Counted from the stretch's first letter, positions 34,885 to 45,002 are shown. The stretch: DNA of 64,000 nucleotides from Gemmatimonadota bacterium (GCA_965207805.1 OZ242312.1:1068748-1132747); one strand, 5' to 3'. A program made the numbers and translations. The notes: generated by a model not told the origin, from the letters alone.

Positions 34885-36004
34885 GCGGGCGGGCCGGACG
34901 GAGGCGTACGACTACGAGTTGCCGGCCGAGCTGATCGCGGCCCGCCCGGCCGCGCGGCGCGATGCGAGCCGCCTCCTCGTGCTGGACCGGGCGCGCGGCC
35001 GCTGCACGGACGCGGCCTTTCCCGCGCTGCTCGAGCGCCTCTCCGCCGGCGATGCGGTCGTCGTCAACGACAGCCGCGTCTTCCCGGCCCGGCTGCTGGG
35101 CCGCAAGCCGACCGGCGCCCGCGCCGAGATCCTCCTCGTCCGCCCGGAATCCGACGCGCTCCGGCCGTTCGCCCCTTTCGACGAAACGGACACCCGCCTC
35201 TGGCGCGCCATGGTCCGCCCCGGCGGCAAGCTCAAGCCCGGCCGCACCGTGGACGTCGCGGACGGGTTCGCGGTCGAGATCCTCGACTCCGCCTCCGACG
35301 GCACTCGCCTCGTCCGGCTGGCCGGCGACGACGACCCGTGGAGCCTGATCCAGCGCCACGGCCGCGTCCCCCTCCCCCCGTACATCGTCCGCGACGAACC
35401 GGGCGGCGAGCGGCGCGCGTACGACGATGCCGAGGACCGGGAGCGCTATCAGACCGTGTACGCGGCTCCGTCCGGCAGCGTCGCCGCCCCGACGGCGGGA
35501 CTTCACTTCACCCGGGAGATGCTCGCCGCGATCGAGGCCCGCGGCGTCCGTCTCGTGTCCCTCACGCTCCATGTCGGGTTCGGCACCTTCCGTCCCGTGA
35601 CCGCGGACCGGATCGACGAGCACGAGGTCGCCCCCGAGGCGTACAGCTTCTCCTCCGCGGCGGCGGACGCGCTGAACGCGACGCGGACGAGGGGCGGGCG
35701 CGTATTCGCCGTCGGCACGACCTCCTGCCGCGTGCTGGAGACGGTCGCCGCGGGCGCCGGCGCCGGTGCCGCGGCGGGCGGCCCCTTCCAGCCGGGGCGG
35801 GGATGGACGAACCTCTTCATCCGTCCCCCGTACGCCTTTCGCGCCGTAGACGCTCTCGTGACGAACTTCCACCTGCCGCGCTCCAGCCTGCTCATGCTCG
35901 TCGCGGCATTCGCGGGCCGGGAACTCACGCTCGAGGCCTACGCGCACGCGATCCGCGCGAAGTACCGCTTCTATTCCTACGGCGACGCGATGCTCATCAC
36001 ATGA
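34874..36004 (+). CDS. queA: S-adenosylmethionine:tRNA ribosyltransferase-isomerase
   Basis: [26 protein letters not shown]..., conserved ...LPPYI..., ...GLHFT.... Start ambiguous (ATG 34859 or 34874); overlaps the ruvB 3' end. Confidence 0.85.
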   Translation: MADERAGRTEAYDYELPAELIAARPAARRDASRLLVLDRARGRCTDAAFPALLERLSAGDAVVVNDSRVFPARLLGRKPTGARAEILLVRPESDALRPFAPFDETDTRLWRAMVRPGGKLKPGRTVDVADGFAVEILDSASDGTRLVRLAGDDDPWSLIQRHGRVPLPPYIVRDEPGGERRAYDDAEDRERYQTVYAAPSGSVAAPTAGLHFTREMLAAIEARGVRLVSLTLHVGFGTFRPVTADRIDEHEVAPEAYSFSSAAADALNATRTRGGRVFAVGTTSCRVLETVAAGAGAGAAAGGPFQPGRGWTNLFIRPPYAFRAVDALVTNFHLPRSSLLMLVAAFAGRELTLEAYAHAIRAKYRFYSYGDAMLIT

Positions 36005-36028
36005 AACTCATCACATGAGAACGATCCC

Positions 36029-37219
36029 GTGACCGGACCCGCGGACGGCGGACGTTTCGACGTCGAGGGCACGAGCGGGCGGGCGCGCGCCGCGACGCTC
36101 CGCCTGTCGCGCGGCACGATCCACACGCCGTGCTTCATGCCCGTCGGGACGCTGGGGACGGTGAAGTCGCTCACCCCCGGCGAACTCCGCGACGCCGGGG
36201 TGGAGGTGCTGCTCGGGAACGCCTATCACCTCTACCTGAGGCCGGGCACGCGCGTGATCGAGGAACTCGGCGGACTCCACCGGTTCATGGGATGGGACGG
36301 TCCCATCCTCACCGATTCGGGCGGATTCCAGGTCTTCTCGCTCGCCCGCATCAACCGGATCGACGACGAGGGCGTCACCTTCCGCAGCCACCTGGATGGG
36401 AGCCTGCACCGGCTCACGCCGGAACTCTCGATGGAAATCCAGGCCGCGATCGGCTCCGACATCCGCATGGCCTTCGACGAGTGTCCCCCCGGCGAATCCT
36501 CCCCCGAGGCCGCTCGGACCGCGGTCGAACGCACGCTCGCCTGGCTGGCGCGGTGCCGGGCGAGCCACGAGGCGCTCGCGGATGCGCACCCCGAAGGGGA
36601 CGGGCTCCTCTTTCCCATCGTCCAGGGCGCCTCCTACGACGACCTTCGCCTAGAATCCGTCGAACGCACGCTCGCCCTGGGCGAGTGGCCGGGCGTCGGG
36701 ATCGGCGGACTCTCCGTGGGCGAGGAGAAGGAGGTGACGCACCGCGTGCTCGACGCCATCGAACCCGCCCTCCCCCCAGACCGGCCCCGCTACCTGATGG
36801 GCGTCGGCTATCCCGACGACGTCATCGAGGCGGTGCGGCGCGGCGTGGACATGTTCGACTGCGTGGCCCCGACCCGGAACGGGCGCAACGGCACCGCCTT
36901 CACGGCCGAGGGCCGCCTCAACATCAAGGGCGCGCGCTTCGCATCCGATCCCGCGCCGCTCGACGAGACGTGCGACGGCCCCTGCTGCGCCGGCTACAGC
37001 CGCGCCTACCTGCGGCACCTCTTCGTGAGCGGCGAACTGCTCGGCCTGCGGCTCCTCTCCCTGCACAACGTGCGCTTCCTGATCCGATTGACTTCCCGGG
37101 CGCGCGCGGCGATCCTCCGGGGCGAATACGACCGCTGGGCCGACGACTGGCTCGCCACCTACCGGCGCGGCTCCCCGCGCCCCGCGACCGAACACGAAGG
37201 TGAGGACGGACGATGCTGA
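36029..37219 (+). CDS. tgt: Queuine tRNA-ribosyltransferase
   Basis: ...GTIHTPCFMPVGT..., LTDSGGFQVFSL (catalytic Asp), Zn-site CxCxxC...H (CDGPCCAGYSRAYLRHL). Confidence 0.9.
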   Translation: MTGPADGGRFDVEGTSGRARAATLRLSRGTIHTPCFMPVGTLGTVKSLTPGELRDAGVEVLLGNAYHLYLRPGTRVIEELGGLHRFMGWDGPILTDSGGFQVFSLARINRIDDEGVTFRSHLDGSLHRLTPELSMEIQAAIGSDIRMAFDECPPGESSPEAARTAVERTLAWLARCRASHEALADAHPEGDGLLFPIVQGASYDDLRLESVERTLALGEWPGVGIGGLSVGEEKEVTHRVLDAIEPALPPDRPRYLMGVGYPDDVIEAVRRGVDMFDCVAPTRNGRNGTAFTAEGRLNIKGARFASDPAPLDETCDGPCCAGYSRAYLRHLFVSGELLGLRLLSLHNVRFLIRLTSRARAAILRGEYDRWADDWLATYRRGSPRPATEHEGEDGRC

Positions 37220-37509
37220 TGCTGAACCTCATGGGCGCCCCCGAGGGAGGGACGGCGAATCCGGCCGCCACCATGATGATGATGTTCGGATTCATCGCCA
37301 TCTTCTACTTCATCTTCTTCCGTCCGCAGCGAAAGCAGCAGAAAGAGCACGCGGAACTGGTCAAGAACCTGAAGCGGGGGGACAAGGTCTCGACGATCGG
37401 CGGCATCGTGGGCGAGATCGTCCACCTCACGAACGACATCGTCACGATCAGGAGCGGCGACACCCGAATCGAGGTCGAGCGCTCCAAGATCGGAAGAGTC
37501 AACCCGTAG
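37213..37509 (+). CDS. yajC: Preprotein translocase subunit YajC
   Basis: TM helix then ...RPQRKQQKEHAELVKNLKRGDKVSTIGGIVGEIV...; conserved queA-tgt-yajC synteny. Confidence 0.85.
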   Translation: MLMLNLMGAPEGGTANPAATMMMMFGFIAIFYFIFFRPQRKQQKEHAELVKNLKRGDKVSTIGGIVGEIVHLTNDIVTIRSGDTRIEVERSKIGRVNP

Positions 37510-37543
37510 ACCCCACTCTCCGTGTTCGACGCGTGGTCCGGCC

Positions 37544-38038
37544 GTGATCCTCGACATCCGCATCTTTGGAGACCCCGTCCTGCGGGAGAAGTGCGCCCCC
37601 GTGACGGAGATCGACGATGAGGTCCGCCGGCTGGCCGCCGACATGCAGGAGACGATGTACGACGCGGACGGGATCGGTCTCGCGGCGCCCCAGGTGGGGG
37701 TGCCGATCCGTCTCTTCGTTTACGACGTGCGGGAAGAGGGGGTCTCGCCGGGCGTCCTCGTGAACCCCGAGATCGTCGAGGAGGAGGGCGCGGTCAAGGA
37801 GGAAGAGGGGTGTTTGAGCATCCCCGGGCTGTCGGAGACCGTCGAACGGAGCGAGTCCATCGTCGCGCGCGGCCTCGGCCTGGATGGAGAGCCGGTGGAG
37901 ATCCGCGCCGACGGCATTCTGAGCCGCTGCATCCAGCACGAGAGGGACCACCTCGACGGGATCCTCTTCCTGGACCGCGTGAGTCCGCTCAAGCGCAAGA
38001 TCCTGCTCGCGAAGTGGCGGAAACAGGAGCGGGACTGA
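37544..38038 (+). CDS. def: Peptide deformylase
   Basis: Motifs GIGLAAPQVG, EGCLS, HERDHLDG. Confidence 0.9.
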   Translation: MILDIRIFGDPVLREKCAPVTEIDDEVRRLAADMQETMYDADGIGLAAPQVGVPIRLFVYDVREEGVSPGVLVNPEIVEEEGAVKEEEGCLSIPGLSETVERSESIVARGLGLDGEPVEIRADGILSRCIQHERDHLDGILFLDRVSPLKRKILLAKWRKQERD

Positions 38039-38054
38039 AGCGGCTGCGGGCGGC

Positions 38055-39035
38055 ATGAGGGTCCTCTTCTGGGGTACGCCGGAGTTCGGACTCCCCTCGC
38101 TGGAAGCGATGCGGGGGGCGGGGCACGACATCGCGGGCGTCGTCACGAACCCGGACCGGCCGGCCGGCCGGGGGAGGCGTCCGCGCACGAGTCCGGTGAA
38201 GGCGTGGGCGCTCGAGGCCGGGCTCCCCGTGCTCCAGCCCGAACGTCCCGGCGAGGAGGCCTTCCTCGCCGCCGCCCGCCGCCTGCGCCCCGACATCTCC
38301 GTCGTCGCGGCGTACGGCCGTCTTCTCCCGATGGTGGCGCTCGACCTGCCTCCGCTCGGATCGCTGAACGTGCACGCGTCGCTGCTGCCCGCGCTGCGCG
38401 GCGCGGCCCCCATCAACTGGGCCATCATCCGGGGACACCGCGAGTCCGGGATCAGCATCCAGCGCATGGTCGCGGCACTCGATGCCGGCCCCGTGCTCGG
38501 ACAGACGCGGATCCCCATCCCGGCGACGATGACGGCCGGGGAACTCTACGCGGAGGCCGCGGCGGCGGGGGGCGCCCGGCTCGTCGCGGTGCTCGACGAC
38601 CTGGCGTCCGGGCGTGCGGTGGAGCGGGCCCAGGACGACGCGCGCGCGACGTGGGCGCCGAAGCTCGACCGCGAGGCGGCGCGCATCGACTGGTCGCGCC
38701 CCGCGGCCGAAGTCGCGAACTGGCTCCGCGGCTGCGACCCGTGGCCCGCCGCCTGGACGTCGCTCGCCGCGCCCGCCGCCCTCGCCGGGAGAACCCTGCA
38801 GTGCTTCGAACCGGGCGTCGACGGTCCCCCCGCGGAGGGCGCCGACGCCGGAAGCACCGGCTCGGCGACGGCGCCCGGCACGGTCGTGCGGGCGGATCCC
38901 GTTCGGGGACTGCGCGTCGCGACGGGGTCGGGCACGGTCACCGTCGGCGCCGTGAAACCGGCCGGCCGCCGCCGCATGAGCGCGGCCGAGTGGGTGCGGG
39001 GCCTCCCGGATCCGAAGGAGGTCCGCTTCGACTGA
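38055..39035 (+). CDS. fmt: Methionyl-tRNA formyltransferase
   Basis: MRVLFWGTPEFGLPSLEAM..., formyltransferase core (SLNVHASLLPALRGAAPINWAI), C-terminal Fmt_C domain. Confidence 0.9.
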   Translation: MRVLFWGTPEFGLPSLEAMRGAGHDIAGVVTNPDRPAGRGRRPRTSPVKAWALEAGLPVLQPERPGEEAFLAAARRLRPDISVVAAYGRLLPMVALDLPPLGSLNVHASLLPALRGAAPINWAIIRGHRESGISIQRMVAALDAGPVLGQTRIPIPATMTAGELYAEAAAAGGARLVAVLDDLASGRAVERAQDDARATWAPKLDREAARIDWSRPAAEVANWLRGCDPWPAAWTSLAAPAALAGRTLQCFEPGVDGPPAEGADAGSTGSATAPGTVVRADPVRGLRVATGSGTVTVGAVKPAGRRRMSAAEWVRGLPDPKEVRFD

Positions 39036-39051
39036 ATCACGACTCCCGCGA

Positions 39052-39741
39052 TTGCACGTCCTCGTCTCCGAGCGGGAGCTGGGCGACCCGCGCGGCCCGG
39101 GCGGGCTGGCGGCGGTCGAGCGCGTGCTGGAGCGCGCGGCCCCGCTCGCGATCCACCTGCGGGCCCGGATCAGCGCCCGGCGGCTGTTCGACGTCGCGGC
39201 CCGGCTCGCTCCCATCGCGTCCCGCGCCGGGAGTTGGCTCGTCGTGAACGGGCGGCCCGATGTGGCGCTGGCGGCGGGTGCGCGGGCCGTACAACTTGGG
39301 CGCGCGGCGCTTGGAGTGGAGGAGACACGCCGGGTGGTCCAGGCGTGCGGGAGACGCCTCGCGATCGGGGCTTCCGTGCACGATGCGGAGGGGGCGTTGC
39401 GAGCGGTCCGGGAGGGCGCCGACTACCTCGTGCTCGGCACGATCTACGCGACGCCCTCGCACCCGGGGGTCGAGGGAAGCGGTCCCGCCGCAGTGTCCGC
39501 GGTCCGCCGCCGACTGACCGCCCACCGGCTCGCCGTCCATCGGCCGTCCGCCCGGCGTCCGCCTCCCATCCTCGCGATCGGAGGCGTCGACGCGGATCGG
39601 ATCGAGGAGGTGACGGGGGCCGGGGCGCACGGCATCGTAGTGGGGCGGGCCGTGTGGTCCGCACGCGACCCGGCGCGAGCCGCGCGCGACCTCCGCGGAC
39701 AGCTCGACCGGCTGGACCGGCTGGACCGGCGGGATCGTTGA
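39052..39741 (+). CDS. thiE: Thiamine-phosphate synthase
   Basis: TIM-barrel TMP-TENI family (...VQLGRAALGVEETRRV..., ...DYLVLGTIYATPSHPG..., ...ILAIGGV...). TTG start; no intergenic space for a TPP riboswitch. Confidence 0.75.
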   Translation: MHVLVSERELGDPRGPGGLAAVERVLERAAPLAIHLRARISARRLFDVAARLAPIASRAGSWLVVNGRPDVALAAGARAVQLGRAALGVEETRRVVQACGRRLAIGASVHDAEGALRAVREGADYLVLGTIYATPSHPGVEGSGPAAVSAVRRRLTAHRLAVHRPSARRPPPILAIGGVDADRIEEVTGAGAHGIVVGRAVWSARDPARAARDLRGQLDRLDRLDRRDR

Positions 39742-39790
39742 CCGGATGCGAACGCACCGCCGGACGGACGGCGAACCGGATACGGACTTC

Positions 39791-40000
39791 ATGGAGATCA
39801 TGCAGATACAGGTGAACGGACGGGAGCGAGACATTCCCGCGGGAACGTCCGTCGCGGCGTTGCTCCGCGACCTCGGACTCGATGGACGCACGCTCGTCGT
39901 CGAACTCAACCGGCGGATCGTCCGGCCGCCCGAGGTCGAGAGCGTGCGACTGGAGGCGGGGGACCGCGTCGAACTCGTCCATTTCGTGGGAGGCGGATGA
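39791..40000 (+). CDS. thiS: Sulfur-carrier protein ThiS
   Basis: ~66-69 aa, MQIQVNG..., ends ...VGGG (C-terminal Gly-Gly). Start ATG 39791 or 39800. Confidence 0.8.
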   Translation: MEIMQIQVNGRERDIPAGTSVAALLRDLGLDGRTLVVELNRRIVRPPEVESVRLEAGDRVELVHFVGGG

Positions 40001-40001
40001 G

Positions 40002-40778
40002 ATGGCCCCCCTCGAAATCGCCGGCCGCACGTTCGCGTCGCGGCTCATCGTCGGAACCGGGAAATACCCGAGTCCAGAGATCATGCTCGAAGCGATCCGG
40101 GCCTCCGGCGCCGACATGGTCACCGTCGCCGTGCGCCGGGTCGACATCGAGAACCCGGATCGCGACGACATCCTCCGTACGCTGAGCCCGGACGAGTTCA
40201 GCCTCCTGCCGAACACCGCCGCCTGCTACAGCGCCGAGGAGGCGATCCGCGCGGCGCGGCTGGGGCGGGCGGCGGGCATGAGCGACTGGGTGAAGCTCGA
40301 AGTCATCGGTGACTCCGACACGCTCCTCCCCCATACCGAGGAGCTGATCGAGGCCACGCGCGTACTCGTCGCGGAGGGGTTCGTCGTGCTCCCGTACACG
40401 AACGACGATCTCATCACGGCGTTGCGGCTCGAGGAGGCCGGGGCCGCCGCCGTGATGCCGCTCGCCTCGCCGATCGGGAGCGGCCTGGGACTCCTCAACC
40501 CGCTCAACATCCGCATCATCAAGTCCCGCCTGTCCGTGCCCGTCATCGTCGACGCCGGTGTGGGCACGGCATCGGACGCGTGCGCGACGATGGAGCAGGG
40601 CGTCGACGGGATCCTCATGAACACGGCGATCGCGGAGGCGGAGGATCCGGTGGAGATGGCCGGCGCCATGCGGCTGGCGGTGGAAGCCGGACGGCGCGCC
40701 TACGTCGCCGGCCGCATGCCGCGGCGTGAATGGGCGGTGCCTTCGAGCCCGCTCGAGGGCGTGCCGCCGCCGGCTTGA
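40002..40778 (+). CDS. thiG: Thiazole synthase ThiG
   Basis: ...FASRLIVGTGKY..., ...KLEVIGDSDTLLP..., ...VMPLASPIGSG.GL..., ...VIVDAGVGTASDA.... Confidence 0.9.
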   Translation: MAPLEIAGRTFASRLIVGTGKYPSPEIMLEAIRASGADMVTVAVRRVDIENPDRDDILRTLSPDEFSLLPNTAACYSAEEAIRAARLGRAAGMSDWVKLEVIGDSDTLLPHTEELIEATRVLVAEGFVVLPYTNDDLITALRLEEAGAAAVMPLASPIGSGLGLLNPLNIRIIKSRLSVPVIVDAGVGTASDACATMEQGVDGILMNTAIAEAEDPVEMAGAMRLAVEAGRRAYVAGRMPRREWAVPSSPLEGVPPPA

Positions 40779-42085
40779 ACCCCCGCGCGGCGGCCCACCG
40801 GATTCTGGGCGAGGTACGGCGCGGGGCGCTCTCGGACCGCGCGGCATCCCGCATCCTTCCGGCGGTGGACCCGGCCGACCGCGGACTCGCGCTGGACATC
40901 GCGTTCGGCTGCCTCCGCCTGCGCGCCCGCCTCGATGCCTGGATCCGGGCCTGCGCGGACCGGCCGCCGTCCCGCATGGACCGGGCCGTGCGCGACTGGC
41001 TTCGCATCGGCGCGTACCAGTTGACGGAGTTGCGGACGCCGGACCACGCGGCGGTGGGCGAAACCGTCGGCGCGGCGCGTGCCGCCCTGGGGCGCCGACG
41101 CGCGGGGTACGTGAACGCCGTCCTCCGGGCGCTCGCGAGGCGCCGAGGCGCCGCTTCCGGCGACGGTGCGGAGGCGCTTGCCGGTGACGATCCGTTTCCC
41201 GATCCGGACGTGGATCCGGTGGGGCACCTGTGCTCGTGGGGTTCGCACCCGGAGTGGCTCGTCCGGCGGTGGCTCGCGCGCTGGGAGCTGGCGGACGTGC
41301 GGCGGCTCGTGGAACAGCAGAACCGGCCGCCGGATGTCGTCGTACGCATGCTGACCGGGGAAGATCCGGCCCCGCCCGACGGCGTGGAACTCGAGCCGGT
41401 GCCCGGTTGGCCGCGCTCCTTCCGGCTCGAGAGGGGACTGCCGGAGACGGCGCTCTCCGGCCTGCGGGCCGTGATTCAGGACCCTGCGGCCTCCGCCGTG
41501 GTAGATTACGCAGGGGACGGGCTCGCGGAGCCCGTGCTCGACGTGTGCGCGGCGCCGGGAACGAAGACCCTCGGGCTCGCCGCGGAGTACGGGGTGCGGG
41601 TCGTGGCGCTCGACATCTCGCACCGGCGGCTGGCCCGCCTCGGCGCGCCGGCCCGACGGCTCGGGCTGCCGGTGAGCGCGGCCGTCGCCGACGCGCGTCG
41701 GCTTCCGGTCGCCGAGGCCGGGACCGTGCTGGCCGACGTGCCCTGCACGGGCACCGGAGTGCTGCGGCGGCGGGCCGACGCCCGCTGGCGGCTCGGACAA
41801 CAGGGCCTCGACGACCTCGTGGCGCTGCAGCGCGAGATCGTGGACGCGTGCGCCGCGGCCGTGAGGCCGGGCGGGCTGCTCGTATACAGCACGTGTTCGC
41901 TCGAACGCGAGGAGAACGAAGAACAGGTGGACGCCTTCCTGGACCGCAGGCCCGACTACCGGCGCGAGCCGCCCGGCGCGGACGCGCGCAGCGATTGCGT
42001 GACGCCGCGCGGCGACCTCTTCGTGCGCCCGTGGCTCACCGGCACGGACGGCGCCTACGCCGCTCGTCTGCGGCGGATCGCGTGA
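40775..42085 (+). CDS. rsmB: 16S rRNA (cytosine967-C5)-methyltransferase RsmB (NusB-like N-domain + SAM MTase)
   Basis: TTG start overlapping the thiG stop (TTGA). NusB-like N-terminus, DVCAAPGTKT (SAM binding), DVPCTGTGVLRRRAD, TCS(L/I) catalytic Cys motif. Confidence 0.8.
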   Translation: MNPRAAAHRILGEVRRGALSDRAASRILPAVDPADRGLALDIAFGCLRLRARLDAWIRACADRPPSRMDRAVRDWLRIGAYQLTELRTPDHAAVGETVGAARAALGRRRAGYVNAVLRALARRRGAASGDGAEALAGDDPFPDPDVDPVGHLCSWGSHPEWLVRRWLARWELADVRRLVEQQNRPPDVVVRMLTGEDPAPPDGVELEPVPGWPRSFRLERGLPETALSGLRAVIQDPAASAVVDYAGDGLAEPVLDVCAAPGTKTLGLAAEYGVRVVALDISHRRLARLGAPARRLGLPVSAAVADARRLPVAEAGTVLADVPCTGTGVLRRRADARWRLGQQGLDDLVALQREIVDACAAAVRPGGLLVYSTCSLEREENEEQVDAFLDRRPDYRREPPGADARSDCVTPRGDLFVRPWLTGTDGAYAARLRRIA

Positions 42086-42092
42086 GCGTCCC

Positions 42093-42893
42093 GTGAAACT
42101 CCTGCGCGCGGTCCTTCTCTTCGCCGTCCTGTTCGGCGCCGGCTACCTGTACGCCGCGGTCCGGCTCTTCCCGGCGGCGGAAGATCCGACCGACGTGGAC
42201 TTCACCGAGATCCCGGACCTCACGGGCGTATCCCTGGCCGAGGCCGGCGAACGCCTCTCCGCGCTGGGGCTCGTCTCCGCCGAACAGGGCCGTCTCCATC
42301 ACGGCGAGATTCCCGCCGGCGCCGTCGTCGCCCAGCGACCGCTCCCCGGCCAGCTCGCCCGCGCCGGGGACACGATCGTGCTCACGGCGAGCGCCGGCAT
42401 CGAAACGCGCCGCGTGCCCGATCTCGCCGGACTACCGGGCGGCGAGGCCGCGACCCTCCTCACCCGTCTCGGCTTCGAGATCGATATCGAGGAGACGGAC
42501 GAGAGCGCCGTCGCCGGCGCGATCCGGACCGAGCCCGCCGCGGGGACGAGCCTCCCTCTCCCCGCCCGCGTCCGCCTCTTCGTCAGCCAGGGGAAGGCGA
42601 TCGTCTCCGTTCCCGATCTTCAGGGCCGCCACGTGGACGACCTCGAGCTTCTCCTCGAGGAGGTCGACCTGCGGCTCGGCGCCGTCCGCTACCAGGTCGA
42701 GGCCCCGGAGGTGCAGGGCCGCGTCATCTTTCAGAGTCCGGCCCCCGGCTCCGCCCTGCGGGGGGAGGGGCTCGTCTCCGTGATCGTGGCCGGGACGCCG
42801 CCCGACTCGGCCTCCGCGGATCTCGCGAGGGACGCCGCCCGCGACACGGTTCCCGCGGCCCCCGGCGATCGGGAGGGCCAGGTGGAGGGTTAG
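42093..42893 (+). CDS. PASTA-domain protein (3 PASTA repeats, N-terminal TM anchor, no kinase/PBP domain)
   Basis: TM helix MKLLRAVLLFAVLFGAGYLYAAV, then three ~65-aa repeats of the form (V)PDLxGxxxxEAxxxLxxxGL... Confidence 0.7.
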   Translation: MKLLRAVLLFAVLFGAGYLYAAVRLFPAAEDPTDVDFTEIPDLTGVSLAEAGERLSALGLVSAEQGRLHHGEIPAGAVVAQRPLPGQLARAGDTIVLTASAGIETRRVPDLAGLPGGEAATLLTRLGFEIDIEETDESAVAGAIRTEPAAGTSLPLPARVRLFVSQGKAIVSVPDLQGRHVDDLELLLEEVDLRLGAVRYQVEAPEVQGRVIFQSPAPGSALRGEGLVSVIVAGTPPDSASADLARDAARDTVPAAPGDREGQVEG

Positions 42894-43841
42894 ATGGACT
42901 TCAAGAGCGCGTTCACGAAGAACTGGCCCTACAAGCTCGCGGCGATCGTGCTGTCGGTCCTGCTCTGGCTCAGCGTGTCGGCCGAGGCCGAGATCGCCGA
43001 GCAGCCGGTGTCGACGCTGCTCGAGATCCAGGTGAGCGATTCCGCGTGGAGTCTGCGCGAGGTCCGGCCCGCCGAGATCACGACGACGTTCCGCGGCCGC
43101 CGGAACCAGATGTTCGCCGCCCGCTTCGAGCGACCCGTGATCCGGAAGGTTCTCGACCAGATCGAGGACACCGTGGTCCAGGTTCCGCTCTCGACCTCGG
43201 AGGTCATCTACGACCGCGAACTCGGACTCGATCCCGTGGGAGTCTCTCCGGGAGCCGTCACCGTGTATCTCGAGGAGCGGGTGACGAAGCGGGTCGCGGT
43301 CTCCGGCCGAACGGATGCGAGGGCGGCGGCGGGCGTGCTCGTCGTCGGCATGCAGGTCGCCCCCGACAGCGTGTGGCTCCAGGGGCCCGCGTCCTTCGTC
43401 AACCAGATCTCCGAGGTGACGACGGCCACGCTCCAGGTCGGCGCCGTCTCCACGCGCGTGACCCAGCAGCTCGAGATCGCGCTGCCACCGGACCTCGCGG
43501 GACTCTCGGTCGAGCCCGCCACCGTGATCGCGACCGTCGACGTCGACTCTCTCCGCACCCGCCTGTTCGCGAGCGAAGTCGTCACCACGGGCCCGCGGGC
43601 CCTCATGGCTGCGGTGGATCCGCCCACGGTCACCGTGGCCGTCACCGGACCCGCGGCCATCGTGGACGGACTCGATCCGGCGGATGTGCGCGTGACGGTC
43701 GACATCCCCATTTCCTTCGAATCGACGGGCTCCTATCCCGTGCGCGCCCAATTGCCCGACGCCGTGGCCGGCACGGTGACCATCGACCTCATTCCGGAGC
43801 GGGTGAGCGCGGGCATCGCCTCCGACCCGCCCGACCGATAG
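42894..43841 (+). CDS. YbbR-like domain protein (CdaR-like)
   Basis: N-terminal TM (KLAAIVLSVLLWLSV) followed by repeated YbbR-like beta-rich modules. Confidence 0.65.
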   Translation: MDFKSAFTKNWPYKLAAIVLSVLLWLSVSAEAEIAEQPVSTLLEIQVSDSAWSLREVRPAEITTTFRGRRNQMFAARFERPVIRKVLDQIEDTVVQVPLSTSEVIYDRELGLDPVGVSPGAVTVYLEERVTKRVAVSGRTDARAAAGVLVVGMQVAPDSVWLQGPASFVNQISEVTTATLQVGAVSTRVTQQLEIALPPDLAGLSVEPATVIATVDVDSLRTRLFASEVVTTGPRALMAAVDPPTVTVAVTGPAAIVDGLDPADVRVTVDIPISFESTGSYPVRAQLPDAVAGTVTIDLIPERVSAGIASDPPDR

Positions 43842-43909
43842 ACACCCCGGCCGCGCCGGGCGCCGCCCCGCGCCCCGATGCGCCCGCCGCCGGCTTCCGG
43901 GACGGGCCG

Positions 43910-44947
43910 GTGCTCGGAATCGAGACCTCGTGCGACGAGACCTCGGCCGCCGTCGTGGACGAGAACGGGATCCGGGGTCTCGCGATCGCCTCGCAGGACG
44001 CGCACGCCGCGTTCGGGGGCGTCGTGCCGGAGATCGCCGCCCGCGAGCACATCCGCTCGCTCGACGTGATGGTGCGGCACGCCATGAGCGAGGCGGAGGT
44101 CGACCACGCGGACATCGCCGGGGTCGGCGTGACGGCGGGGCCCGGACTCGTCGGCGCCCTGCTCGCGGGCGTGAACTGGGCCAAGGCCTATGCCTTCGCG
44201 CGCGGGCTTCCTCTCCTCGGCGTCCACCACATGGAGGGACACCTGTTCGGCACCGCGCTCGAGCACGAAGATGCGCATCCGCCCTTCATCGGCCTCCTCG
44301 TATCGGGCGGACACACGCTCCTGCTCGAGGCGCGCGCGTGGGGGCGCTACCGCCTCCTGGGCCAGACGCGGGACGACGCCGCGGGCGAAGCGTTCGACAA
44401 GGTCGCGCGGCGGCTCGGGTTGCCGTATCCGGGCGGGCCCGAGATCCAGCGCGCGGCGGAGAGGAGCGCGGCGGCGGGCGGCGCGGCGGGACGCTTCCGG
44501 CTCCCGCGCCCGATGCTGAGCCGACGCGACCTGCCCGGCGATCCCGCGTACTACGACATGTCCTTTTCCGGCCTGAAGACCGCCGTGGCGCGGATCGCCG
44601 AACAACTGGAGGCGGAGGGCGCCCTCGCCGACGCCGTCGACGATCTCGCGGCGGACTTTCAGGAGGCCGTCGTCGACGTCCTCGCCGAGAAGACGCGACG
44701 CGCGGTGGAACAGACGGGCTGCCGGCGGGTCGTGCTGGGCGGGGGAGTGGCGCGGAACTCCCGTCTTCGTGAAGGTTTAGCCGAGCGTCTGGGCTCGTCC
44801 GGGGAGTTGTACGCCCCTTCCCCACGCCTCGCGACGGACAACGCGGCGATGATCGCCGCGGCCGCGCGGTTCCGCCTGGCGAGAGGGGAACGCAGCCCGT
44901 GGTCGCTCAACGCCGAAGCGGCGCTCGCCTTCCCCGGTCTCGCGTAA
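43910..44947 (+). CDS. tsaD: tRNA N6-adenosine threonylcarbamoyltransferase TsaD
   Basis: VLGIETSCDETSAAVV..., metal-site H..H (LGVHHMEGHL), ...GGVARN.. C-terminus; GTG start. Confidence 0.88.
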   Translation: MLGIETSCDETSAAVVDENGIRGLAIASQDAHAAFGGVVPEIAAREHIRSLDVMVRHAMSEAEVDHADIAGVGVTAGPGLVGALLAGVNWAKAYAFARGLPLLGVHHMEGHLFGTALEHEDAHPPFIGLLVSGGHTLLLEARAWGRYRLLGQTRDDAAGEAFDKVARRLGLPYPGGPEIQRAAERSAAAGGAAGRFRLPRPMLSRRDLPGDPAYYDMSFSGLKTAVARIAEQLEAEGALADAVDDLAADFQEAVVDVLAEKTRRAVEQTGCRRVVLGGGVARNSRLREGLAERLGSSGELYAPSPRLATDNAAMIAAAARFRLARGERSPWSLNAEAALAFPGLA

Positions 44948-45002
44948 CGGCGGGCGCGGAAGCCGGGACCGCCAACGAGCAGCACAGCAGCCAACGAGGA
45001 GC

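Noticed and set aside
39036-39051. TPP riboswitch upstream of thiE
   Set aside because: Intergenic space is 16 bp; a THI-box (>=100 nt) cannot fit. Its absence is reported as a finding instead.
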